A program made the position numbers and the translations under genes. A stretch of DNA of 64,000 nucleotides from Piromyces finnis finn (taxonomy: Eukaryota > Fungi > Neocallimastigomycota), in NCBI GenBank assembly GCA_002104945.1, contig MCFH01000005.1:1054001-1118000 (forward strand), given 5' to 3'. Positions 11,978 through 25,678 of this stretch are shown here, one piece after another; the stretch's first letter is position 1; the number at the start of each line of letters is the position of its first letter. The notes beneath the pieces were generated by a model. It did not search any database and was not told the origin of the DNA. It saw nothing but the letters and a program-made list of their open reading frames with translations.

Positions 11978-14900
11978 AAAGAACATTTTGATTTCAATCC
12001 CTGTATCACAATATTATTCTATTAAAAAAATAATAATAATAAAATAAATCATGAATGTTTTTTTTTTTTTAGTTTTTAATTTTTAAAAACTGGATTTATT
12101 TCTCTCTTTTTTTATTTTATTTTATTTATTTATTTATTTATATATTATTATTTTTTTTTCTCTTTTTATTATTATTATTATTATTATAATTATAATTACT
12201 AATATAGTATTATATATAATTTTCTTATTTAATTTTTTTTTTTCTTTTTTGTTATATCTATATTTTAATAAAAATTAAAAATAAAAATAAAATATATAAA
12301 AAAAAAAAGTTGTTCTTATTTTAGCAGTAGTAATAACATTGTTTTTTTAGTAAGTTACTCTATAGTATTGATATTAGTATATAGATAATAGAGTGTATAT
12401 ATTAAGAATAGTTTTCTTTTTTAAAAAAAAAAGAAAAAGAAAAACTATTTAAGAATTAAAAAGAATCCTTTATAACTCTATTAATTTTAATACAGATTCT
12501 TATTTTTTTATTTTATTTTTAGATTTATCTAATAGTTTAATTATATATTCATTTAATTTTATAATTATTTATTTATTTAATATATATTATATTTATCTAT
12601 TCATTTATTTATTACCTACCGCTGTAATTAAATATATTATAGTATATTTTAATATATTTATTATTAAATTTTTTGATAGATAAAAATTTTAAAAGCATTA
12701 CACAAATAATATTTTTTTAACTAGCAAGTTATCGTATTACTTTTTTTTTTAATTATCAATTATAATGTATTTATAATATGTTATTTTATAAATTAATGTA
12801 ATTTCTAAACCAATAATTTTTTATATAAAATACAATTTCAAATAAAGAAATGAAAATAATAAAACTAAAAATAATTTCTATGAAAACCTACTGTAATAAT
12901 AAACTTTCAAACATTGGAAAACAGAATATTATATTATACGACATCAAATTATTATCATTAATGAAAATAAAATTAATGCTAATAAGCATTCCACTATATA
13001 TTATTTTATTATACACTTTTATTTTTATGTATTGGTTTAGTAGTCTCTCTTTTAATATTTTAAAACCATCGAAATCACAATAACAATTTGTGGTAGTAAT
13101 ATTTTTTTATTTTACCTTTATCATCAACTATTTTCATATTTTTCTTTGGTGAATAAAAAAAAATAGCTTTTAATATGAATTTTATTAAAATTTAGTTACT
13201 CATATATAATTTTTAATTAAAACAATATATTATATTATATTTCAATATATTTTCAATGAAATTATAATATATAAATGTTTTTTAAAATCTTCTTTTATGG
13301 TATTTATATTAATTCAATCTATTTATATATATTATATAATATATAAAATTATATTTGATAATATGTTAAAAAAAAAACTTTTTGAATTTGATGATAGTCA
13401 AAAAAAGTTTATTTTTAATGATTATATTTCATTCTTTAAGTTTAACGTTTTTTTAAATAATAACAAACAAAATTAAACAATAAGACTCTCTCTAACAAGA
13501 AAGAAAATAAAATATAAAAATTAAAAAAAGAAAAAAAAAAATAGATAAAAAATATAGAAAAAAAAAAAAAGGAACAGATAAATTTAACTGTAATTAAAAA
13601 AAAACTTTTTTTTCTATACTTTTCAATTTTTTTTTTTTTTTAATTTTATTTTCTTGAGAGTTGAAATGGAATTTTACCACTGATAAACTTTATTTAACAA
13701 AAAAATAATAAAGCCAAAACCAAAGCCAAAATCAAAATAAATTAATAGCAACAACATAAAAAAAAATCATAATAAATAAGCCAAGCAACAAAATCTAAAC
13801 AAAACCAACCAAAAAGCAATAATATATTATCATTAATTTAAATTCAATATTAAATTATTTGATTATATTAATAAATTTTCTAATTTATAAGAAAATTTAC
13901 TTTTAAGAAATATTATTAATAATTAAAAAGAAAATAAAAGGATATTTTATTTTTAAAATTCCTTATAATAATAAATTTAAAAGCAATAAAGATTTTTGTA
14001 GTGAATTGACTATTTGAGCAAAGAAGTTTAAAAGAAGAAAAAGAAATCCATTTATTTAATTTAAAATCAATTATTAAAGACATTAAAACAATTGTTATAT
14101 TATAATATCATCAAAAATACCTGATATTATTTATATTTTTATCATTTGAATGAAAAAGTAACTTTTTAATTTTTCAATGACAAAGATAAAAAAAAAAGTA
14201 GAAAGAAAAAAAGGAAAAAAATATTAAATTTTGGATAAAAAACAATAATTTTTCTTCTAAATCAAGAATTGACCAAATTGTATATATATAATCTTTTTTT
14301 AAAAAACAAAACAATTCATAATAATAATATTAATAATATATAAGAATTAAAATAATAATCATAAAAAGAAGAAACAGATATATATACAAGCATAATATTT
14401 AAAAAAATATTTAAGAAAGAATATTCTTAAAGCAAAAATATACGACAATTTCTAACAATAATATACATTAGCAAAAATAAAAATAAAGTACACATTTATT
14501 TCTTAATATAATATTTATTGAGAAATTACTTTACATATTCAAAAAATAAAAAATAAAAATCAATTTTTAAATCAATATAATCTTTGTAAAAAAAAAAAGA
14601 CATACTCAAAAGATTTCCTTTAAAATAAATATTCAACATAATAACAATAATAAAATAACAACAACAACAACAAAAATACTTGCTAAAAATAAAAAAAAAA
14701 AAAAAGCAAGAAAAAATATATAAAATATATATATACCATAATAATAATATAAAATATATAATATTTATATTTTTAATTCATTTATAAAAGTCAAAGAAGT
14801 AAATTTAATAACAATTTAACAATTTGTTTCATTGTTATTTAATGAAAGAATTATATAATAATAAATTCTATACTATCTAATTATTACATTATTCTCAGTT

Positions 14901-15135
14901 TTTTTTTTTCATTATAAATTTTCATTTAAAAATATATTTAAGTAAACACACACACACATTAATAATTATAGGCACACATATCAATTGAAATAATTTAAAA
15001 AAAAAAAAAACTTTTTAAAAAACCGTTATATTCATAAAATAAATAATTTAATACTGATTTTGTTAATCTAGTATAATTTTCAGAAAAAGAAAATTATTAA
15101 ATACGTAATATACAATTAAGTTAAGAAATTTGAAA

Positions 15136-15988
15136 ATGAATTCCGTACTTGAAAATACTATAAAACCTGAATTAGGAAAAGAAAATAAAAAAGCAATGAA
15201 TAACGATTTTAATAAAAAAAATAGTTATCATGAAGTTGTTAAAGTTTTATATCTTTCAGAGTTTCAATATGTTAATAATATTAAAATATTGATTGAAAAG
15301 GTTAAATACCCAATTCAATATAGCATCAAACATAAAAAACCAATTCTTTTACAAAAAGATTTAGATTTAATTTTAAAGGGTATACCAGAAATATTTCAAC
15401 TAAGTTGGTGTCTTTGTAAGGACTTTAAAAAAGCTTTAAAAACAATCGATCCAAATGATTTTACCTGTGAAACTATCGCAAATATTTTTTTGGATTATGC
15501 AAAAAAATTTGAAGTTTATATTAAATACATAAGTTATTTTTCAATCTCATCTACAGCTATAAAGCGTCTTAGTTCTGAACGTCCGATTTTCCGTAATTTC
15601 CTTAATTCTTTAAAAAAGAAAAAAGCATTAGGTAAATTCAATGATATCCAAAATATTTTGGAATTACCTATTGAACGTATTGAGAAATATATTAATATTT
15701 TACATATTGTTCAAAAAATTACATTAAATCAACAACAAAGTAATGAAATTATTGATGAAGCCATACTTTTTATGAAAGATTTAAAGGATGATTTAAGTAA
15801 AGCAAGTGAACGTGAAAAAGAACTTCAAAATTTATATACCTTTAAAAATTCAATTGACAATTGGTAAGTCAAATATTATAATAAATGGATCAAAAGATAA
15901 AATTAATATATATATATATAATATTTTATTATATATATTATTTATAAAGTAATGTTAGCGTTTTAATTCATTAACCTTTTTATTATTA

Positions 15989-16036
<48 letters not shown>

Positions 16037-17524
16037 ATCAGTCCATCATCCTTAGTTTTATCTTCAAGAAAACTAATAAAAACATTTGATAATTTATTAG
16101 ATATTGAAACATTTATAAATATGAAAGTAGCCATTTTTTCAGATTTAATTGTTTTTTCCAGATTCAATAAGAAAACCAATAGATACGCCTTTAAGAAAAT
16201 GGTAGATTTTCGTATTTTAGATGTTGACGAAGATTCATCATCTGAATATGATTCAGAATATGGTCAAGACAATGGTACCTACAGTAACCATGCTGTGGTT
16301 GGAAATAACAATTCTGATAATGTCATAACCTTTTACTTCCAAAGCATGTACCGCTATTCTAGCAGAAATGATTATTCCATCGTTATTACAAATGATTATG
16401 AAGATTACAGTTCTATTATTGAAAATACAACCGATATAAGTTTTATAAGACAACTTAATAGCACTCCAAGTATCACTTCCTCAAATTATGATAGAGGTAG
16501 TTATTTGAACAGTTCTCGTAGAAACGGTTCATCATCCCATACCAAATATACTCATAAAAAAATGAGTTTTTCTCAAATGTTTAATATTCCAAATCAAAAA
16601 TCCTATATGCAATTAAAATGTCAATCACCAACAATAAAACAAGAAATTCTTTCCCTTATTCATCAACAAAAGGCCGATCTTACACCACCACCATTTGAGT
16701 TCCTTTGGCCAAACCCAGCAGAAGAAAAATATATGTATGAAGGTATTCGTGGTTTGAATGATTTAGTACCAGTAGATGAAAATAGTATTGTATTAAATTC
16801 TATAATAGCTTCATCTATCTACACCGCCATTCCAAAACGTTTCCAAATAAAACGCAGTATGACACTTCTTTATTCATTAAGAATGCATGGTTCTAGTTTA
16901 AGAACATTTTATTCTAGAAGCGAAGTTGGTTCATCATTCCAACAACCACAAGTATTAGTTATTCGTGATGATATGGATAATACATTTGGTGCCTTTATAA
17001 CAGAAGCCTTCCATACCTCTAATCATTTCTATGGTGATGGAGAATGTTTCCTTTGGAAAGTTGATGTCAATCAAAGCAATGTTTATGTATGTAAATCATT
17101 TATTATCATCAAGTATTATTTAGTATAATATTTTGTTGTTTATCATAATTAATATTATTATTTTTTTTAATCTATTGTTAATTATATATATATATATTTA
17201 TAATTTATCATCTTAAATTTATATTAGGGCTCAAATATTATCAAAATCTTTAAATGGTCAGAAAAGAACTATTTTTGTATTTATAGTAATGATGATCATA
17301 TTTCATTAGGTGCTGGTGATGGTCATTCCGGTCTTTACTTAGATGCCAATTTATGTAATGGTAGTAGTGCACCTTGTGAAACTTATAATAATGAAGTTCT
17401 TTCTTCTGAAAAAGATTTCAAGATTATTGATGTGGAATTATGGGGTTACACCGATATGATAGAACGTGAAAATCTTAGAAGAAAAACCATTAATAGAAAT
17501 AGTTGTTTCTACAACTTTAGATAG
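15136..17524 (+). CDS. RhoGEF (DH)-PH-TLDc domain protein (3 exons: 15136-15863, 16042-17086, 17228-17524)
   Basis: DH motifs: EVVKVLYLSEFQYV, FEVYIKY, ILELPIERIEKY. Splicing TG|T gives SIDNCPSSLVLSSRKLIK, a typical DH-PH junction. TLDc motifs: LLYSLRMHGSSLRTFY, VLVIRDDMDNTFGAF, FYGDGECFLWK and, in the last exon (not in the track), ISLGAGDGHSGLYLD...CETYNN...DFKIIDVELWG. First ATG is 15136; the track start at 15130 is TTG. Upstream exons cannot be excluded. Confidence 0.85.
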
Positions 17525-18196
17525 ACGATAAAAAAAAAATCTTAAACACCAAAAAAAAAAAAAAAAAAAAAAAAAAACAGTATTATAACTATTACAACCT
17601 TTATTCTTTTTCCAATCCTTTTATCTAAATTATATATTATTTTATTTTATTTTTTTTCTTTATCTTCCTTTTAACATTATGTAGCAATAGCAGAATGATC
17701 TTAACAAGAACATAAGAACATATATAAGAAAAAGAAAAAAAGAAAAAGATAAATGAAATATATATCTATTCATTGAAATTCAATTAACAAAATTAAAAAA
17801 AAAAAAACTTTTTTTTTTTTTTAAATATTAAAAAAGCGATTTTTTATTCAATTTCTTTTGTATATATATATTTATTATAATATATATTTTATTAAACTTT
17901 ATATATATATATTTTTAATTTTTTTTACACCTCTTCTTCTTCTTTTTACATCATCTACTTGAATTACCAAAAAAAAAAAAAAAAAAAGATTTTTAAATAT
18001 TATATATATATATTAATAATAGTTTTTGTTGTCAATTTCAATATAATTAAAAATATATAGTTAAAGAAAAAAGAAATAAACTAAAATTATAATCTAATAA
18101 ATAATTTTGTTCAAATAGTTATGAAATTTAACCCTTTTTTTTTTTTTAATAAACCAAAGTTTACATTTTTTATTATTTATTTGTTTTAATCCCTTT

Positions 18197-18234
<38 letters not shown>

Positions 18235-21200
18235 ACCCACCAATTTAAAACCATTTAAAAATTAAAAAAATTCTAACCCTAAGCCATTAATTTCTATTTT
18301 TCTTAAAAGATTATAGATTATGTCTTTTGAAAAGTTAATAATAAAAAGGATAACTATCTTTTTTTTTTTTTTGTATTAGGTTATATTTCTTTCTATTATT
18401 AATAATGGAAAAGATGTTTAAGATTCTTTAAAATAATGTATATTATAATTTAATAATTTATACATAGTCTAAATAAATAAATAAAATTAAAAAAAAAATA
18501 AAGGATTATAGTTTGATTCTTAACAAAGTCTTTTTACATATATATAAAAAAAGAGTAAAACTTTGTTTTAATATTTTATAATTATTCTATTTAAAACAAT
18601 AAGTAATTAGAAAAATAAGAATAATAAGGATAAAAAATAAAAATACTTTTTTAATTAGTTTCATTACAATTACACTTTTTAAAAGTAGTAAATTTTTATT
18701 TCTAATCTATTATACTTGCTAATAGAATTTTTTTTTATACTACTTTATAAATTAAAATAAATTTAATTTTATGGAATACTCAACAACCATCAATTATAGA
18801 AAATGGAAAATTCTCATCAAAAAACTATTTTTAGGAAGTAAAGATGACAATGAAAATATATATTATAATAATGTATAAAATAAAAAGTTAATATGAAATA
18901 GACAAAAATTCTAAAAAATATTTACAGTTATTATTAAAAAATATAGGTATAATATTATCTTAAAAAATAGTATAACTAATTCAATAATAACAATATTCAA
19001 ATTGTATATTTATAATAAATAAAAAACTTTCATTATTGCATTGGTATTCTTTTGAACGTTCATATAATTACACAAATTAAAAAATAATATATTTTTTATT
19101 AAAATAAACTTTAATTTTTTGAACATTTTATAAGAATAAAAAAATATATCATGACTATATTCCAAATATAAATACTTTTTTTTTTTTTTTTTTTGAAATG
19201 TAATATATACTATTTGCATTAAAATACAATAAAAAGGAATTTTATATTCCATCAAAATTAAATATAAAAAAATATTTATTTTTTATATGTATATAGTTTT
19301 TTATTTCTTATAGTATAACCCTAAAAATGCTTTGGTTTATAATTTTTTTTTTCTCATAAATATATTACTATTACTTAATAAGGAAAGAAATATCCACATA
19401 TAGTATTAATAATAAAGAAATTTATTTAAAGGGATAATACTTTTTTTATATATAATAAAATTTTCTTTTTAATAAATTTATCCTATTCTTATTTATATAG
19501 TATAGTATATATATATAAAATCATCTTTTTTTAATTTAATTTATATAATAGTAAAAATTTTTTTAAACAATTAAACCTTAATCATTAATATTCCAAATAA
19601 ACCTGAAACATTAATTGAAATACTTTGATTTTCTATTGTTTCATAAAATATTAATTTTTTTATATTAATATTAATGTATAATGTATCAATTCATGGAATG
19701 TTTTACAAATGTAAAACAAGTACAATTTTCATAATGTTAGATTTTTTATTTAATTTATTGTTTCATCAATTTTTTAAGTATTAGTATTATTAGCAATATA
19801 TCTATTTTATATTTATTATATATACTATATAATATAGAATGTTTTTATATTATATATTATTTATAAAACTAATTTTTATATTTTTTTTTTTTTGTGAAAA
19901 ATACGAGTATATAATACTAAGATTTCCCCTTTTTTTTTATTTTTAAGAAAAAGAAAAAATACATATTAGTTATCATTTTTTTTTACTTTTAGCAATAAGA
20001 AGAATTAGTATTTAGCTTTTTTTTTTTCAACATTAACTTAAAGTATTATAATAATCGTTAGAGAAAGTTAATATTTAATAATTATATTTGATAAATTTGA
20101 TAATTTTATCATAAAAACATGATATTTATATATTAAAAAAGTGATAATGGATGTCTCCTCTCTCTATCTTAAGTTTAACCATAAAAATGTCCTTTATAAT
20201 GAATATATAAGGAAATAAAAAATTAATATTTTATTTATTCTTTTTAGAGTCATATTAAGAAGTGATATAAACAAAAATAAAAACAAAACCAAAAGTATAA
20301 TAAGTAAGAATAAAATTAGCCATAGATAAATCCTATTTTAAGTAAATTTAATTAATGATTTGGAACAATTTTAATATTAATTAAGATTATAATAATTAAA
20401 AAATTGTTTCATGACTTTTTTTTATATATAAAAGAAGGTTTTAATAAAATGAGTAATACTTTTCTTTCCTTTTTTTTTTTTTAAAAAATAAGAAAAAAAA
20501 ACATAATTATATAAAGATTTTATATTGATATTATTATGATAAGGCTAATAAATACTCTATGCATATCTTTTTTAATTAAAATAATATTAATGTATTTTTA
20601 TATTTTAATTTCTTTATCATTCTACCTCTTTTATTGTTAAAAAGCGAAAATAATTCTATTAAATAATAATCCATTTTACATTTTTTTTAATTAGTAAAAA
20701 CAATCTGATAAATATTCCATTGTTTTATAATTTATAATATAAAAAATAAATTATAAACCTTTTTTATTATAAATATTATAATTACATAAATTTATTAACT
20801 AAAAAAATTACATAAAAAGTTATAATTGTGGCGTATATTTATTTTATGATTATCACGAGTAAATTTGTACATAAATAAATGTTATTACTTATTGTTTATA
20901 TTTTTATATATTATATTTACTATATATTATGAAAAATCTGAATTAAAAAAAATACGCCTTTTATTGTAACCTTAATAAATAAAGTAATTATATAATTAAT
21001 CATAAAACCTTTGAAAAAAATTGTATATTAAACCGAGTTATATCCGTTATATCCCATATTAATATTATTATTTTTATGAGTCATCTAAAAACTTTTTCTC
21101 CTTAATCGAACATTAAACAATTAAAAAACCAATTTACTTATTTTTATATTGTGAAAGTGAAAGACTTTTATATTTTATTTTTTTATGTGTAAGTATATTC

Positions 21201-22681
21201 TGTTAAATTACTTAATAAACTATATAATTAAAGAGATAATTATATTTATTCTGTAGATTTTTTAACAAGTGTATTGCAGTAAATTTATACTACAATACTG
21301 ATTCCCATTATATATAAAATTTAATAAATCAATTCTTATCAATTCTGTTTATTACTATTAACAATAGTATCAATTTTTAAGATTTTTAGTTTTAATTTTT
21401 TTAATAGGAACGGGTATATAAATATTTTATATATTAAAAATTTAATTAAACTAATTAATTATTATTTAAAATTATATTTTATTAATTAATGTTTTGAAAA
21501 AAAAAAAAGATAAATAAATATTATTTTTTTTTATTAATTCCTAAATATTACAAAAATAAATTAGATAAAACTGATCTTCTCTTTTATTTTTTTAATGGAG
21601 ATTTTAGTTGTTTCATTTTTATTCAATTTAGGTAATTTTAATTTAAAAATATTTGTATATTTTTGAGAATCTGGTACATTAATAATTAGTCTATTCATAT
21701 AATTATTTTATTTTATAATAGTTTTGCTTATGCTTCAATGAATAAAATATATATTCTATTGTTATAGTAAACATTTATTTTATGTTGATTATATATAACA
21801 GGAATATGTTTTATTATATCTTTATTGTCTAATTTACCAATATAATATACATAATATATACATAAAAGAGTATTCCTAAATTTTGATTAAAAAAAAAAAA
21901 AGTTTAAAAATTTAATATTTAAACTTTTTATTCTTAATTTGGTTGGAAAATAAAATTTATTATAGTTTTGAAATTTATATAATAAAACAGAGTTTCAATG
22001 TATAATAGAAAAGATAAAACCTTATCATTATAGATAGTATTGGTCATATTTATTATACAAAATTATTGAAAAAAATAATATATTTTCAATTTGTATACAA
22101 TATTTTTGTGTATTGATAAAATTTCATCATAAATTTGAAAATTCTTGTCCTATTTATCAATATAATAAAATCAAGTCATGCATAATAAAGAAAACAATAA
22201 AAAAATATATAATATTATTCTTAAAAATCCTTTTAAATAATTAAAATACTAAATAAAATTTTCATTTATTATAAAGGAAAAAAAAAACTTTATTTAAAAT
22301 AAATTTTATACAATTTTTATATTGATGTTAATACAATATATACAATATTAAAATGTTATAAATAATATTTTCTATATTAAAAATATATTAAAAAAAAAAA
22401 AACATTTCCTACTAATTATACTTTATTTAAAAATAAAGTTAAATTAATTTTCGTAATACATTTTGTTATTATTTTTAATTAATATATTATTATTTTATTT
22501 AATAAAAATATTGATTAAATAGTTGGTGGTTTTTTATATAAAAAAAAAAATTACTGCTTTGTCAATAAAAAAATTTTATTTTTTATATTAATAATAAATT
22601 TTATAAAAACTTATTGTTTTTATAGAAAGGTTTGAAATTTTTTTTTTTAGTTGGTAACGTTTTTCTTTTTGAATAAGATTT

Positions 22682-22730
22682 CCAGCGAGACTGGTGATAG
22701 TATCAAAAAGTTTATAAAATTCTTGAAGAA
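22682..22730 (+). promoter_or_regulatory. Candidate conserved cis-element upstream of dumbbell gene 1
   Basis: CAGCGAGACTGGTG (22683-22696) and TTTATAAAATTCTTGAAGAA (22711-22730) recur in near-identical form upstream of the paralog. Confidence 0.55.
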
Positions 22731-22876
22731 TTTTTCAAAAAAAATAAAAAAAAAAAGAAAAGAAAAAATAAAAAATAATCAATAAATTAAGGGAATATAA
22801 TAATATTGAAGAATAAAATCAAAAAATATAAAATAATATATATACAAACGATATATAAATAAAAAAATTATTCAAA

Positions 22877-25678
22877 ATGAAGTCATTGTTAATTGCATCT
22901 TTATGCGCTATTGTCGTTAATGTTGCTGTTGCTGCTAATCCATACTTAGTTTGTGATGGTACTGATTACAGCTGTAAGCAAGAACAAGCAAGCAAGTGTC
23001 AACAAGCTGCTAATGCTTGCTGGCAACAACCATACAGTGAATCTGTTGGTCAACAATGTCAAGCTTTAAATAACCAATGTAACGAAATTTGGGCATACAA
23101 TGGTCCAGCTCAACAACCAGTTGAAACTTACACTACTACTTCAAGAGGAACAGCCTCCCTTACAAAGAAAGTTAACACTACTTCTGCTACAAAGAGAGTT
23201 ATCACATCTGTTTCTTCCACTGGTAAGACTCTTCCAACTACTGGTAAGACTCTTCCAACCACTGGTAAGACCATTCCAGTTACTTCCTCTGGTAAGACTC
23301 TCCCAGTTACTTCTTCCGGTAAGACTCTTCCAGTTACTTCCTCTGGTAAGACCCTCCCAGTCAGCACTTCTGCTGGTAAGACTCTTCCAGTTACTTCCTC
23401 TGGTAAGACTCTCCCAGTCAGCACTTCTGCTGGTAAGACCCTTCCAGTTACTTCCTCTGGTAAGACTCTCCCAGTTACTTCCTCTGGTAAGACTCTTCCA
23501 GTTACTTCCTCTGGTAAGACCCTCCCAGTCAGCACTTCTGCTGGTAAGACCCTTCCAGTTACTTCCTCTGGTAAGACTCTCCCAGTCAGCACTTCTGCTG
23601 GTAAGACTCTTCCAGTTACTTCCTCTGGTAAGACTCTTCCAGTTACTTCCTCTGGTAAGACTCTTCCAGTTACTTCCTCTGGTAAGACCCTTCCAGTTAC
23701 TTCCTCTGGTAAGACCCTTCCAGTTACTTCCTCTGGTAAGACCCTTCCAGTTACTTCCTCTGGTAAGACCCTCCCAGTCAGCACTTCTGCTGGTAAGACT
23801 CTTCCAGTTACTTCTTCCGGTAAGACTCTCCCAGTCAGCACTTCTGCTGGTAAGACCCTTCCAGTTACTTCCTCTGGTAAGACCCTCCCAGTTAGTTCCT
23901 CTGGTAAAACTCTCCCAGTTACTTCCTCTGGTAAGACCCTCCCAGTCAGCACTTCTGCTGGTAAGACTCTCCCAGTTACTTCCTCTGGTAAGACCCTCCC
24001 AGTCAGCACTTCTGCTGGTAAGACTCTCCCAGTTACTTCCTCTGGTAAGACCCTCCCAGTCAGCACTTCTGCTGGTAAGACTCTTCCAGTTACTTCCTCT
24101 GGTAAGACCCTCCCAGTTACTTCCTCTGGTAAAACTCTCCCAGTTACTTCCTCTGGTAAGACCCTCCCAGTCAGCACTTCTGCTGGTAAGACTCTCCCAG
24201 TTACTTCCTCTGGTAAGACCCTCCCAGTCAGCACTTCTGCTGGTAAGACTCTCCCAGTTACTTCCTCTGGTAAGACCCTCCCAGTCAGCACTTCTGCTGG
24301 TAAGACTCTCCCAGTTACTTCCTCTGGTAAGACCCTCCCAGTCAGCACTTCTTCCGGTAAGACTCTTCCAGTTACTTCCTCTGGTAAGACCCTCCCAGTC
24401 AGCACTTCTGCTGGTAAGACTCTTCCAGTTACTTCCTCTGGTAAGACCCTCCCAGTTAGTTCCTCTGGTAAAACTCTCCCAGTTACTTCCTCTGGTAAGA
24501 CCCTCCCAGTCAGCACTTCTGCTGGTAAGACTCTCCCAGTTACTTCCTCTGGTAAGACCCTCCCAGTCAGCACTTCTGCTGGTAAGACTCTCCCAGTTAC
24601 TTCCTCTGGTAAGACCCTCCCAGTCAGCACTTCTGCTGGTAAGACTCTTCCAGTTACTTCCTCTGGTAAGACTCTCCCAGTCAGCACTTCTGCTGGTAAG
24701 ACCCTTCCAGTTACTTCCTCTGGTAAGACTCTCCCAGTTACTTCCTCTGGTAAGACTCTTCCAGTTACTTCCTCTGGTAAGACCCTCCCAGTCAGCACTT
24801 CTGCTGGTAAGACCCTCCCAGTTACTTCCTCTGGTAAAACTCTCCCAGTTACTTCCTCTGGTAAGACCCTCCCAGTCAGCACTTCTGCTGGTAAGACTCT
24901 CCCAGTTACTTCCTCTGGTAAGACCCTCCCAGTCAGCACTTCTGCTGGTAAGACTCTCCCAGTTACTTCCTCTGGTAAGACCCTCCCAGTCAGCACTTCT
25001 GCTGGTAAGACTCTCCCAGTTACTTCCTCTGGTAAGACCCTCCCAGTCAGCACTTCTTCCGGTAAGACTCTCCCAGTTACTTCTTCTGGTAAGACCCTTC
25101 CAGTTACTTCCTCTGGTAAGACTCTCCCAGTTACTTCCTCTGGTAAGACTCTCCCAGTTACTTCCTCTGGTAAGACTCTCCCAGTTACTTCTTCTGGTAA
25201 GACCCTCCCAGTCAGCACTTCTGCTGGTAAGACTCTCCCAGTTACTTCCTCTGGTAAGACCCTCCCAGTCAGCACTTCTGCTGGTAAGACTCTTCCAGTT
25301 ACTTCCTCTGGTAAGACTCTTCCAACTACTGGTAAGACTCTCCCAGTTAGTTCCTCTGCTAAGACTCTTCCAACTACTGGTAAGACTCTCCCAGTTAGTT
25401 CCTCTGCTAAGACTCTCCCAACTACTGGTAAGACTCTCCCAACCAGCTCAAGAACTACAAGAACTACTACAAGAGTCACTACTACTAGACAACCACAACC
25501 AACTCAATCTTATGATGAAGATTACACTAGCTGTTCCTCTGATGACTGGTCTTGCAAAACTCAAATGTCTGACAAATGTTACACTAAAGCTAGAGAATGT
25601 TGGTCAAAGCCATACACTCAACAATTAGCTGAAGAATGTAATGCTATTCAAGCCCAATGTCAAAGAATTTGGAGCTAA
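22877..25678 (+). CDS. Secreted Ser/Thr-rich tandem-repeat protein with terminal six-Cys modules (dumbbell protein 1, 933 aa)
   Basis: Signal-peptide-like MKSLLIASLCAIVVNVAVA. N- and C-terminal modules both show C-x6-C-x7-C-x6-C-x12-C-x6-C-x3-W. Central GKTLPV(TSS/STSA) array. Single open frame with normal start and stop; intronless. Confidence 0.9.
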   Translation: MKSLLIASLCAIVVNVAVAANPYLVCDGTDYSCKQEQASKCQQAANACWQQPYSESVGQQCQALNNQCNEIWAYNGPAQQPVETYTTTSRGTASLTKKVNTTSATKRVITSVSSTGKTLPTTGKTLPTTGKTIPVTSSGKTLPVTSSGKTLPVTSSGKTLPVSTSAGKTLPVTSSGKTLPVSTSAGKTLPVTSSGKTLPVTSSGKTLPVTSSGKTLPVSTSAGKTLPVTSSGKTLPVSTSAGKTLPVTSSGKTLPVTSSGKTLPVTSSGKTLPVTSSGKTLPVTSSGKTLPVTSSGKTLPVSTSAGKTLPVTSSGKTLPVSTSAGKTLPVTSSGKTLPVSSSGKTLPVTSSGKTLPVSTSAGKTLPVTSSGKTLPVSTSAGKTLPVTSSGKTLPVSTSAGKTLPVTSSGKTLPVTSSGKTLPVTSSGKTLPVSTSAGKTLPVTSSGKTLPVSTSAGKTLPVTSSGKTLPVSTSAGKTLPVTSSGKTLPVSTSSGKTLPVTSSGKTLPVSTSAGKTLPVTSSGKTLPVSSSGKTLPVTSSGKTLPVSTSAGKTLPVTSSGKTLPVSTSAGKTLPVTSSGKTLPVSTSAGKTLPVTSSGKTLPVSTSAGKTLPVTSSGKTLPVTSSGKTLPVTSSGKTLPVSTSAGKTLPVTSSGKTLPVTSSGKTLPVSTSAGKTLPVTSSGKTLPVSTSAGKTLPVTSSGKTLPVSTSAGKTLPVTSSGKTLPVSTSSGKTLPVTSSGKTLPVTSSGKTLPVTSSGKTLPVTSSGKTLPVTSSGKTLPVSTSAGKTLPVTSSGKTLPVSTSAGKTLPVTSSGKTLPTTGKTLPVSSSAKTLPTTGKTLPVSSSAKTLPTTGKTLPTSSRTTRTTTRVTTTRQPQPTQSYDEDYTSCSSDDWSCKTQMSDKCYTKARECWSKPYTQQLAEECNAIQAQCQRIWS
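23221..25440 (+). repeat. Coding minisatellite of 27-nt (GKTLPVTSS) and 30-nt (GKTLPVSTSA) units, with 21-nt (GKTLPTT) units at both edges
   Basis: Directly visible: ggtaagac(t/c)ct(t/c)ccagt repeated roughly 75-80 times (estimated by eye). Confidence 0.97.

Noticed and set aside
15955-16453. Minus-strand ORFs including a poly-Asn stretch
   Set aside because: They arise from an intronic (ATT)n microsatellite and antisense of the PH exon.
22720-22737. Heat-shock element (nGAAn arrays)
   Set aside because: Only one correctly spaced TTCnnGAA, and it is not preserved in the paralog promoter. TTC-N5-GAA is the shared feature.
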